Shown one piece after another: positions 23,636 to 36,027 of a stretch of DNA of 64,000 nt (position 1 is its first letter; every line of letters begins with the position of its first letter). The stretch lies in NCBI GenBank assembly GCA_002269645.1, contig NIVC01002417.1, forward strand, positions 62,001 through 126,000, given 5' to 3'. The notes under the pieces are model-generated. The model was not told the DNA's origin. It was given only the letters and a program-made list of their open reading frames with translations, and searched no databases. Position numbers and translations under genes: made by a program. This DNA is from Macrostomum lignano. Lineage: Eukaryota.

Positions 23636-25851
23636 TGGGAGGAGGGTGGCACAGCGACTGAGTGTCCTAATGGTAATTTGGTTTTTGCAAAACTTAATAA
23701 TTTAATGAAAATATTACCTAAATTAAGTATAGAATAGCACCAGTATATTATTAAACTAAAAAATCACACACTTGTTTAAAACTTCTATAACTGAATAAAA
23801 AAATGGTATTTGAATTTTACTCAAAATATAGAATATATTAGCAATGTAATCTGAATCTGAACAATGGACAGCTTGTTTAGAAAACACAACAGAAAACAAA
23901 AAATACAATTCAGTTATTTTTTGGACAAGTATTTCTTGAATAAAATAATATTAAATTTTACACAAATGTAGCAGTAAATTTCAACTGTTTGAGTAATTGA
24001 TCACAGCAAAGAAATAACAAATTTTGAGAATGTTCCAACAGGATCAATTGATCAGTTATAAAACCAGAGAGCCAGCTGTGTGCATGTCAAGCATGATTTA
24101 TTCTAGTTGACAGCTTCAGATATGGCACAGTCAGCCGCCAACATTGGTGCTGCTGCTGGCATAGACAGCTCTTTCCCAGCCGACATTTTGAACTGTGATT
24201 GTGCTCAAACTGAGGCAAAAAACTTTTTTGAAATTGGGGATTTATATTTCCCTGATAGTTATCGAATGATCGATAATAAGTAGGGTAGATTTGGCATGCA
24301 TGTTTAATTAGTGGATTAGAATCTCACGGAGCCATAATTAACTCCAATGCATGCAGTGAAAACAGTGCTTTCACGTAATATTTTTTAAACTAAATTAATA
24401 AATAGTAAAGCAAATAATACAAGGATTGTCAGCGAAAATATAGGACTGATGCTTTATTCTTTAAAAGAAAATTTTTTTATCTATTAATTGTGGTCATGAA
24501 TATTCCTATCGTTTACAGGCACACTCATTGCTAAGAGATTGCAAGTGCTTTAGTCACTCCAAAATGCCTTTTACCTGCCTTAAAAATCCATAATAGTTCT
24601 ACTCTGTTTTAATATTTTAAGCCTCAATAAATAAGTATATAAGGTAGCCTCAGGGTATAAACTATAATACTAAGTTGCACAAATGCCAATGAATTGCATG
24701 ATGTTTTGAGAAATAAAGCCTAAAAGGATGAACTAGATGAGCAAATAGGTGGCTCATTTACTATATTGCATCTGTTGTATCAAAGCATTAACAGTTTTTA
24801 ACAAGAGTATTAGTCTTATGTTTTGCCAGAAAACCTTTATTTTTGAATCATTTAAAGAATATAGTAAAAAGTAATCATACATGCCCAACTTTGAAATTTC
24901 ACCTGGCCAATGCAATAGTTTTTCTCAAAATTGTGATTTAGTTGCCTTTGGGTATAACATGGTCTTTGTTTTTGCTTCTTTCCTTTCATTTTCCTTTGTT
25001 TTTCTCCTTTCCTATGTTTCCTTTAATATATCCTATATCTATTTCTCTTTTCTTTTCTTATCCAAATTGGCCAGGTTGGCTAGGTATTGGGCATGTATGA
25101 AGATACTAATTATTAAATAGTTTTATATAATTATTGTGGGTCTGAAGAACTATTGGAAGTTGCCATTGGGTTATTTTCTAGTAAATGGTATAGATGGTGA
25201 ATTTTTGTCTAGTGTTGTAGAAGAATCAATTCAGAGGCTTTATCAGGTTGGCATTGTCACCACATCATTCACATGCAATGGAATGCAGCACATAATTCAA
25301 GCAATTGAACTTCTTGGGGCTAAAATTAGTCCCCCGGACTCAATTGTCAAAATGTTCCCTCATCCTTTGACCTAAGCATTCAGGTTTCTGCCTTCCTTGA
25401 TCCACCTCATATGTTGAAGCTGATTCACAATCAGTGGCAATCAAAGGGCACAATAGTTTGGCCGAATAGGGGGAATATTGATTGGAAATGTTTCACTATT
25501 GCAGCAAGTTCAGGAGAGTCAAGGGCTCAAACTGGGAAATAAACTAAGCAGGCATCAAATCAACTTTGCCAATTTAAAGATGAAGGTCTATTTGGCATCC
25601 CAGCTTTTTAGTAAGTCAGTTGCTGACTCCTTGCAATAGGTACAACAGCAAGCTTTGGCCGGATTTGAGCACCATGATGTACTTGTGACAGCAGATTTTA
25701 TTGAGAACATGAATTACTTGTTTGACATTTTAACTTCAAGCAACTAGTAAATTATGGGGCCAAATGGCTCTAAGGGCTGACAACTAGTCAGACTTTATTG
25801 ACTTCTTTACTAACTCAATTAAGCTTTTCAAAAGTCTTGAAAATCTGTCTA

Positions 25852-27440
25852 GGCTCATTCCATATAAGATGGACATATTTGGAAAATAGAAAAAAGTCAA
25901 TATTTTTGCTTGCCATTGCCTAATTAGCCTATTTTTTACCAAATGTTTATATTGTGTAATATATACAATCTAAGAATAAAGGAATGGTAAAATGTTAGAT
26001 TAGTATGTTATCAATTGGCAAAAAGTCATTTTTGTAAAAATTTGGACATTTTTCAAAGCAAAAGACATCATTAAGATTTTGTACCTTTTAAAAACAAATA
26101 GAAAGCTTTTGAAGGTTGAAACAAACTATAGATAAAAGTATAGTACTTGCATCATCAGATAAAAGCATTGGTGACCAAATAATCTATTATATTTTTAATG
26201 TATTAGTACCTCAAAGTTACTGAATTGACAGAAAAAAATATGTTACGACCATAATGTTACAACCATAAGGCTGCCTTTTCTTTTGTATCTTTGTTGCCTT
26301 TTGAGTTTATATATTCTAATAAAAGAGTATGATTTCTAAAGATGTTCTTAGTCAAATTTTAAAAATGTATTGCAAAATATCAAAAATGAAAAATGTTATA
26401 AGACTTTTACCTTTTAGTTTCTATATGTCAAAAATCCTGTCGTTACGACCATAAGTGTCATTTAAGGTTTAATAGCATCTTACAACCTAGTTTTTGCATT
26501 GTACAAAAATTCATCTCTAATATTCATTATTCAAAGAGCTGTAAGAGTATTCAAATGATTGTATAGTGTCAGATACTCAACATATAAGATTGTGTTTATT
26601 GCCTTTGTCCACATTCCTTGCAGGAGCAGCTACTCGGCCATAGACAATAAAGCCAATCAAAGCCACACTGCCACAGAACTGCACTTGGCCATAGACAAAA
26701 AAGCCAATCAAAGCCACTGCCACAGAGCTGCACTCGGCCATAGACAATAAAGCCAATCAAAGCCACACTGCCACAGAACTGCACTCGGCCATAGACAATA
26801 AAGCCAATCAAAGCCACACTGTCACAGAACTGCACTCGGCCATAGACAATAAAGCCAATCAAAGCCACACTGCCACAGAACTGCACTCGGCCATAGACAA
26901 TAAAGCCAATCAAAGCCACTGCCACAGAGCTGCACTCGGTCATAGACAATAAAGCCAATCAAAGCCACTGCCACAGAACTGCACTCGGCCATAGACAATA
27001 AAGCCAATCAAAGCCACTGCCACAGAGCTGCACTCGGCCATAGACGAGTCAATCAAAGCCAGTTTTTTCAAATCTGGCTTTTAGAGTGAAAAAATATTTG
27101 TCTATAGGGTAAGCTTTAAATTAAAAAACTATTCCTTGATTGATTTTGATATATACAGAAACGCAAAGTCAGACGAGTCTACCATAGACAAAGCAGGCCT
27201 AGCCTAGTCTGGAATAGTCCTGTGTTGGTTGAAACACCAAGGAACAAGGCTGTCGCCTACGCTGCCGCTGTGCCATCTTTGTTGACCTCCACAGTCAGAA
27301 CGTTTCATGCAGTTGATCTACTTTTTCCACATGAAATCTTTTGGCCTTTCGACAGTTCTGTATAGCAGACGATTGCCCTTTTTAAGGGCGCTCGGTTTAG
27401 CTTAGCCTAGATTTTTCTTCTTCTACCTATCTATGTATCG

Positions 27441-27493
<53 letters not shown>

Positions 27494-27686
27494 AGTAGTC
27501 TATCTATCTTAGTAGATTTAATAGTATACTAATGATGATATCTACAGTATATGAAACTCTATAAATATATTCTAGACAAAATAATCTTTCATTTAAAATA
27601 TTGGTTTAGTATATTCTATTATTAGATTTCATTTTATAAGTAAAAATAACCTGTCATGTTACGACCATGCTTATATGGAATGAGCC
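25852..27686. mobile_element. Non-autonomous TIR DNA element (1835 bp) nested in the P-type transposase
   Basis: Perfect 17-bp TIR ggctcattccatataag / cttatatggaatgagcc, with a 4-bp TSD TCTA (25848-51 and 27687-90). Removing the element and one TSD restores GAA AAT CTG TCT AGA CAC AAA ATT (ENLSRHKIVETAKKIGFL). Confidence 0.85.
26630..27060. repeat. 49-51-bp minisatellite (gccatagacaataaagccaatcaaagccacactgccacagaactgcactcg) inside the nested element
   Basis: About 8 visible copies. Confidence 0.9.
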
Positions 27687-30620
27687 TCTAGACACAAAAT
27701 TGTTGAAACTGCAAAGAAAATAGGCTTTCTTAGCTTTATGGTGAATTGTGAGGCTGTTATGGCCCTTGCCAAGTATTTGTTTTCAAGTTGTGGTTTTTTC
27801 TTTCTTTGCACTTACAAGTTGTTGCAGGATTTTCTTGAGTTATTTTTAATGCCATCAGACTTTGAAATGGCTAGAATCATAATCAGACTCTGAGACAGTT
27901 GCTCAGCCTTTAGACAGTTACTAGTGCACACTGGAGATAGAATTCTCCAATTGACTAGTCCCAATGTTAAGCAACAGGATGCCACTATTGAAGTGAGCAC
28001 TAGTTTAGTGTTAGGTGCCCCACTTTTGTCAGCAGTTTCTTGCACCCTTTTGAGCTGTTGACTGCCACTGGTCGCAGCTCTCCCTCCCCATTTCCCTTTT
28101 CCCATTTGTTCTTTTGGCTACCTGGCATTTCCTCCTTTGCCCCTTCTTTTTCCAGTTCTTCTGCCTTTCTAGTGTCTGAGCTTCTCCGCTCAGCCTGCTC
28201 TTGGTTCATTGTCTATCTGGCCTCTTTCCCCCTCTCTTGTGTAGCTGCATTTGTTTAGACTAAGTTCAGGCTGTAGTCTCTTTCTGGCTTGTACAGTAGC
28301 AAATCATGTGCCCTAGGCGCTCTGTCCTTTTCTTGCACTGCCTTGTGCAATCTCGGGGGTCAGTCTCTAAATTAGGAACAGTGTCCTTGCCTCCTTGGTG
28401 GGACTCCATGCTTGTTTCTTAAAATAGAACTGAATCACGCCAGGTTGGGGGATGCAGTAAGAATAAGTCTTGCATACTCTGGTGCAATGGGGGCTTACAC
28501 TGTATGGTGAAATCAATCCGCTATCCTATAAGTATGGCCGTATGGGCCTCTTGTGCCTCCATTTGGCAACCTCTCTCTTGAACACTCTTTGTTTTATAAG
28601 TCTGGGCTAAGCATTGTCCTAACTTATAAGACTTGCACATCTTGCCCTATTTTTTGCAAACTCCATTCTAACTTTGGATCTATCTTTGACTGTATGACTG
28701 AGCTTGTGCAGATAATCTCAACTAAGATAACAAGAAACTAGCATAGTCCCCAATCCCTGCACTTGAGCCTGGCAGGACCGCTGACGAGGTATGCACTAGT
28801 GCGAACTATCAAATCTGCCCAGCATGCTGAGTTCCTGAGTCTCGTTTATTTTGCTCAGCCCAGAGTCTCCCTCGTTGAAGGACAAGATCCAAGTGAGCTG
28901 GTGGCAGCATCTACCAACGCTACTAAAAGCAACTAGGAGGCTTCCTAGGAGAGTCGGCCGACAGCCTAAGTGACTAATTGGGAAGCAAACAATAGTCTAT
29001 ACTTCACTGGTGGCAGCAGTGGGATTTCAAGACCTGCCAGGCCATCTTTAGACAGCATCAAAGAAAGTACAAATATTTCACTATTCAGTTGTCATTATCT
29101 TGGCTACCTTTGTCACAATCAAGAGGCAGGAAAACTTCAATGGAAGCAGATAAGTGCTCAGAACAGTTTGGGTTTAAGACTTAATTCCATTCAACATTGT
29201 GTGAATGCATCAAAATGCAAAGTATACCAGTCAATTATGTATTACATTGCAGGCACAGTGGTCTTTAGTATGCTTAAATTAATTGAATGTGCCCCATGCA
29301 GATCAGCACTCATTTCCAGCACTGAAATGTCAACAGCTTTATGGTTGCCCTGTTTTCTTGTCACCATGAAAAATGTGCTGAATAAAGAAGGGACTGGGGG
29401 TTGATTTTTCCAAACAGCAATGTCTTGCAAGTTTTGCTTTATTCTGAAACAATCATTTGACATTCAAACTATAACAGCGGATTTTCTAGCAATGTGGCTG
29501 TCCAGGAGATGTTGCGCATATCAATTGATGCATTTCCCGAACTTGACTTGTATTTCATGGCTTCCAGTATTGACATTGAATCCCACAAGCTTCATTTGAT
29601 TTACATCATGGTGCTGCTCTATATGTGGATTTGAATGAAGGTTGCGAAAGACCTTTCATGTCGTAGAAGAAAATCAGGAAAGAGACAAAAGCTTCTACGA
29701 ACAGCAGTATTTCTTAATCTATAGTTTAGCCTATTCTAGTGGTTATCTGGTAAGTTGAACTCATTATTTTGATTCTGCAAGTTTTTATTTAGGCAAGCTT
29801 TAAATTAAAATAAGTGTTTAGAAAAAATCTCTAGAAAAATATTTATAAATGAGTCTAAAAAGCTATGATGATATTTTTTTGTTTTTGTTGTACCCTGTAG
29901 GAATCGAAAAGCAAATGAGTGGGAGTGGTTTAGGAAGGGAACTTCTTTACCTACTATTAACTGCAGGGAGGGGGTTGGCTAGGTACCATTTTTATAACTG
30001 AGAAAGAGGCACACTTTTTTTACTCTCTATGTGCAGTTTGGTCTTACTTATTGGTCTATGGACACTATTGATATAGACAAGCAATGTATTTTCAGCAACA
30101 AATAGATGATTGATTCTTGGATAGACTTGTATAGGCATGCATCAATTGTCATGCCCAGATATAAATTAGAAAAGGCTTATTTTTTAAGCTAGCCACTTTA
30201 TGCTACACTAGTTATTAGATCTAATTTGGGGTTAGCTATAGAAGCAAAGCAAGATGAGTGCCAATAGTAGTGCAACATTGGCCATAATACCATTGTTGAC
30301 TAGGAAAACTTTATTAGAGATGTGCCAAGTACTTCATTGTATAGCAATTTGACAATCATTATTTGTAGTTTTTATGCATTACAATTCATTATGTTTGTTT
30401 TTGTGCGTTGCAATGCAAGCAATGCGAGTTTTGTCTATGGTAATCCTCAATGCTAATATCGTCAAATAGGCTAGAGAGAAGGGTATGAATACACTTTATC
30501 ATAGACATCAAAGTTTTCTTCAAGTTTTCTTCACACCCCCCTGCTACGAGCGTCTCACTTTTCTATGCCACAGATAGTTCATATGATTTGATCGTCCAAT
30601 AGCAATACAATGAAAAGAAA

Positions 30621-30776
30621 CAGTGGCCCCAGTGCGTGACAACGATTGTTATTTGCTCGCACCCAGTCAGCCAGATGCGATCGCCAGCCTGACCTGGACG
30701 CTGCCCCAGCGCTGATTGCCCTTGCCAAAAGTACCGGCGCTCGCAAAACAATCGTTGTCACACACTGGGGCCGCTG
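30621..30776. mobile_element. 156-bp MITE-like hairpin with 30-bp TIRs
   Basis: cagtggccccagtgcgtgacaacgattgtt versus the reverse complement of aacaatcgttgtcacacactggggccgctg (28/30 identical). GC-rich island in AT-rich DNA; no TSD seen. Confidence 0.6.
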
Positions 30777-31053
30777 TTTATTTACTCATTGATCATCCAG
30801 TGGAACTTGGTGGTCTTGGCAAAGAAATAAAGATAGATGAGTCTTACTTTCATTGAAATTACTAGGCCTAGGCCTACTAAGGTATACACTAGCCTAGTTA
30901 GTAAATATTTGGTATAGTTGAGTGGGTTGTTAAGCATGATGCTAGGAAATATATCATGTTTCATGTTTCATGTATAACATTGTCACTTTAAACACTTCTT
31001 AAATGAATAAACAAACTGTGTCAAAAAAGTTATTTCTCAATAAGAATTTATAA

Positions 31054-32032
31054 GGCAGTGCTTATTCAGCCAACACCAGCCGAATAAGTTTGCTACTATT
31101 TAGCCGGCACTGCCGATCAAATAAGCCCATCACTATTTAGCTGGCAGTCCTACCCCACTGCCAGTCAAATAAGCCTATTACTATTTAGCCAGCAATCCTA
31201 GCCTCCAATGGCCATGCTAATCAAATAAGCCTATCACTATTTAGTTTAGCTGGCAGTCCTTCCCCCCTGCCGGTCAGATTAATAAGCTATAACCCATATA
31301 TCTAAGTGACCCTTGCCCTCTCGTGTGCTATAGACAGTATATATATATAGTGGCCTAGGCCTATAACTAGGTGGGTGTCCATCTCCAATCTTCATGTTTA
31401 TAGCTCTACCTCCTATATGTATCTAATTCTATGCCTCCCTACATATATCCACTGCACCACATGTTATATATGATGTACATATCATATAAAAGTCATAGGC
31501 CTTTGATGAGTTTGTAGCCTAATGCGCCATCATTTGCTCTGCTTGCCTAGGCTACATGACTAAAGGCTAGTAGCTACATGTGCATGTCAAGGATGACTTA
31601 AGTAGAAGGATGGGAAACCTTTTGTTTTTTAGAAAATTTTAGAAGGCAGGTTTTCCTAAAAAATAGGCTTACACTAAGGAGATAGGAAGTTTTCATTTTT
31701 AGCACAAAAATTGTTATTGCTTTTGATAGGAGGCAGATACTCCAAAATTGTAGTATTATAATGTAGCTCATAGTATGTTAAATTATAATTTAAGTTCATG
31801 ATGAGCAGTACAGCTATAAAATGTATAAATGTATTTTGACCATCGAGGCCATGGGGCCAGGATTGCTGGCTAAATAGTGACAAGCTTATTTGACCAACAG
31901 AACAATGGGGCAGGTCGCAGGACTGGATTGCCAGCTAAATAGTGACGAGCTTATTTGACCGGCAGTGGGGCAAGACTGCCGGCTAAATAGTGACAGGCTT
32001 ATTTGACTGGTGCTGGCTAAATAAGCACTGCC
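31054..32032. mobile_element. Foldback-type element with inverted subterminal repeat arrays
   Basis: Ends are ggcagtgcttatt...aataagcactgcc. The left arm has repeats of tcaaataagcc..cactatttagc; the right arm has their reverse complements. No TSD seen. Confidence 0.7.
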
Positions 32033-33591
32033 ATGCAATTTATAATTATAGTTTATACATCTAGTCATAAAGGCCTAACTAATAGGGTCTAGGCAATGCA
32101 AAATGTTTATGTTACTAACTAAACTAAGCAGTAAGCTGTGATACCAAACAAAGCACTGATAGGACTATTGTTAAATAGATTTTTTGTGGACCATGGCTTA
32201 ATTGGTCGATTGCTTAATTTAACAACCAAAAGGCAAAAGCTTTGCTTAAAAATAAATGGCTCTTAGCCCTGCCCTTGATCTTTCTATCTAGGTCCAGTTA
32301 CATTTTTATGTAACATTGGGATAAGTGTCAATACCCTACAATGAGCCGGCCAGTGTTATTAACTAGGTTGTAAGAAACTGACTAAATAGCTACAGCACAG
32401 TAACTAACTACTACACATGCACTTATTGTCAACAACACGGTTTTAATTTTAAATTTTGTTAGAAACACATTTTAGGTGAAACAAAATGCGTTAGTTAAAA
32501 CAAAAAAGCGTTTCAAAGGTAATAAATTTTCAAAGAATTACTTGAAAAAAGTTTAAACTTTAAATAGCACACGTGACTAGACTGAGCACCAAATGCAATC
32601 GATACTAATTCGATATATGTGCACTTAAGTTCTTTCATTGACGTTTGACCTCCAGCCTTTAAAGTTAAGTAGGTGGTGGTGGTGGTGTGGTAGTGGGTGA
32701 GGTCCACTAAGCTTTTGTTTTGTAGAAACTTAGTACTTAACTTTATAGTACATTTTATTTAACTTAGGCCTAGTTAGTTATTAAGCTAGGGCCTAATGGC
32801 GAATGCCATTGGAGACAAGGCGCAGTCCGCGTATACCTTGAATTTGAATAGGTATAAACCTAAATTAATTTGAGAAAAAGTGACCCCTTAGGCTTAAACG
32901 AAATAATGCCCATGCCATATTAACACCATAAATTTAAGTTTATTATAATAGAAAAACATTTATTTGTGATATAATCCTTATAGGCCCCCCTCCCTATGTC
33001 AAACATTAGAGGCCTAGGTCCTACCAAAATGGTAGGCTTATAATAGGCCACCTATTGCAATAATATTTAAAATAAAGAACCTTTTAGCATTGTGACAATA
33101 AAGGATTATATAAGATTAGGTAGGAAGGACCATTTTTGCATTACAATTAAAGCCTAGGCCCAATATTTTAGTCTTTTATATGCCAAAAGCTATATTGTAG
33201 GGCCTATGCTGACTCTAGGCCTATGGTACAATTTTCCAACAGATTGTTCCATAGGCCCTATATTAAATATTTTATACCAAGTGGTGCAATGTGTTTGGCT
33301 TAGCCTCAGCAATCTCTTACAAGATAGGCCTAGACTAAGTAGCAGATTGGCAAGGGCAAAGGGCTTGGTCCTAGTCTAGACTCTAGTGCCCTATGCTATG
33401 CGATAATGTGTAGGCCTATAGGTAATGGCCAAATAATATATAGGTATAGGCCTAACATCATCTCTTCTATAGGCCTAAATTGCAACTCAAAGGTGGCATA
33501 TAGGTCTAGGCTATTAGCTTGACATTGCTCACATATTTAGGGAACTAAGACTAGATAACCTAGCTAGGATACTATGTAAAATATGATAATA

Positions 33592-34005
33592 GCTATACCT
33601 TTTTGCTTCCTATTTGGTTTTTTCATCATTTAAATTGGTACGTGGCTGTCAGCAGTTTGACATAGTAGCGTAGTAGCGATTCTGCATAGACAAACCATAG
33701 AAAGCCATAGACAACAGAAATCAATTTGGTTTTAACTGCAAGCAATTTGGGCCATAGCTGGAAGGCATAGCTAAAGCTACTCGTAAGAATAACAGAGAGG
33801 ACCACACACTAAAATCCATCTGGTGGATAGAGAGAGGATAGTGAATACATATGTGATGTGAAATAAACCAAATTGGTCACAAAAAAAAATAAATTGCTTG
33901 GTGACTTCAGTTTTTAGTCTATGGTGAACATGACTTCTGCTAGGCTATTTGCAACGCACCAAATTGGATACAGTAAAAACCAAATAGGAAGCAAAAAGGT
34001 ATAGC
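33592..34005. mobile_element. 414-bp MITE-like element with perfect 31-bp TIR
   Basis: gctatacctttttgcttcctatttggttttt (33592-33622) is the exact reverse complement of 33975-34005. No TSD seen. Confidence 0.65.
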
Positions 34006-35927
34006 AGGCCTTTAAGCTTAAGCTTGTCTCACCTTATGTCTATGACTATAAGTAGCAATCATAGGAATAGCTCCCAGCTTATACCTTAGTACCATCTCAA
34101 TTGCTAAGTAGAAAAAGGCCAACCTTTAGGCTATTGGTGTCAAGCTGGTAGTTAAAGATAGAGCAGAGAAGATAAGAAGCCTATCATGCTAGTTGCAGTT
34201 GTTAAAAATGGTATCTAGGTCAATGGCCAAGATGCCTAGATACTTAAACTAATTGCATGGGGCTATGGTATTGCCATCTAATAGAACCAGCAAAAAAGTT
34301 GGCAATGCCAATATGCAGTCTCACCATTGTCTTGCCATAGTTGATGTAAAGCCCTATGTGCTTCCCTTTGTTAGCTATCCAATTTACCATTTTCTACATA
34401 GCAGGTCAGCATCAAATCATTGGAATAGGCAAAGCAAGTCAGCTTAGCGTAGGAAAATTAGGAGCTATGGCAAGGTACTATTTCATAACTATTTTCATCA
34501 TATAAAGCCAGCTGTGCCTGCTGCCTGCATAACATAGCCAATCAAGATAACAAATAGAAATAATGATAGGGTATCACCTTGTAGGACCCTAGAGATAGTG
34601 GCAAATTTAGATATAAGGCTATAGTTAATCTACATAAAAGTCTAGACTAACCTTTTGTATATTTTAACTATATTGACTAACATAATATAGTCCTGTCTTA
34701 GTTATTAAGTGATCATTATTAGTAATAATAGGTTTTAATAGAGTTAGATATAAAAACATTTCCATGACTATATCTATGACTATATCTATATCTTTTGTCT
34801 AAAATAGTAATAAACATCTATATTTGAATACAAGGGATCAGGGATGTCCAAAAAGTTTTTATACTTATAGTCCCAAAGCAAAAATGGTAACAGATGCAAG
34901 CACAACTTTTGTATCATTTTAAAATGGCATATTTCTTCTTTCTAATAAACTTATTTATGTATATTTTGGCCATTTTATATTATTTAAAGATTGAAAGTTA
35001 TTCAATCTCTATACTAACTGATAGTCTTATAATAAAAAGTATAAGTGATAACTTCTTCTCAAAAACAATCTTTTCATCATTGAACATTTTCATCAACTTT
35101 CAAAGCAGCCTTTTCAACATCGTCTCTACTTGTAAAAACAATTTATATTGCTTTAGCATTCTATCAATCATATCAGAATAACATTGTCTTAAAAGACTAT
35201 ATGAGAGAAAATGCTAAACCTTGTTTTCTGAATGATTTCTTACTAGAATAAACTTGCCCCTTTAACTTGCTTTTCATTTGTAAAAAAGTTTTCTAATTGT
35301 CTCAATTGTTCACAGAACAGTATGAGACAAATAATTATCATTATGAAGAACTCTAGGCCTTATCTCCAAGCAGTGCTTGTTTAAAATGGTGGGCTTCAGC
35401 CTCTTTAGAAATCATATAGCAATTAGAAATAATTATGGTATTTAGCTCTAAAAAGTCAATAAGAAGTAGACCAATGTGAAAAGTAAAAGTAAGCATACAT
35501 GGGCTACTGCTGGCTGACTTGGTTGATCTAGCTACTGTAAATTGTGGTTAAATTGTGGCTACTGTAAACATTTGTAGTTATATCAAAATTCTAATCAGTT
35601 GTAACTTCTTTTTTTGTTTTTTTTTCTATACTATATAATAGTTTTAATTATAATTGAAACTAAAATATAATGTTTGTAACTTTTTAACCTATAATATTTT
35701 TATGCCTTTCTTTTTCCTTCTCCTTTGTTATCTTTAAAGCTTTTTATTTTTATAGAAATTTTGTAACTTGCCTAGTCCTACACTAACAATAAATTGATAT
35801 TTTTAGTGATTAGCTTTTTTGTATAGAAATATTTGTGAAATAATAATAATTAGCAATGGCCAATAAAGGGTAGCTTTTTAATGGAATTTTTAATATTTAA
35901 TATTTGATTATAATCAGATTTGATTAA

Positions 35928-36027
35928 CCCTCAAACGGTTAGGCCACGATAATAGAAAAACCTCCATTGAAAACACATGGGAAAAGTTATCGTGGGGTCC
36001 ATTGGACCCCAAATTTCCGTTTGAGGG
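35928..36027. mobile_element. 100-bp piggyBac-type MITE
   Basis: TTAA|ccctcaaacgg ... ccgtttgaggg|TTAA: TTAA TSD, CCC/GGG termini, 11-bp TIR and an internal ggggtc-cattg-gacccc hairpin. Confidence 0.8.

Larger units (their letters stand above)
24881..29724 (+). mobile_element. Decayed P-element/THAP9-type transposase, split into three blocks
   Basis: Block approx. 25130-25851: VGLKNYWKLPLGYF..SFTCNG..FPHP, FLDPPHMLKLIHN, QGLKLGNKL, KMKVYLASQLFSKSVADSL, FDIL. Block approx. 27690-28000: KKIGFL, LCTYKLLQDFLELF, AFRQLLVH. Block approx. 29150-29724: YYIAGTVV..ECAPCRSAL, HKLHLI, RQKLLRTAVF. Multiple stops and frameshifts; the first catalytic Asp reads Asn (TCN). Confidence 0.85.

Noticed and set aside
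27181-30442. accatagacaaa / tttgtctatggt inverted pair as P-element termini
   Set aside because: The left copy lies inside the nested TCTA element, no TSD flanks the pair, and catagac is common locally.
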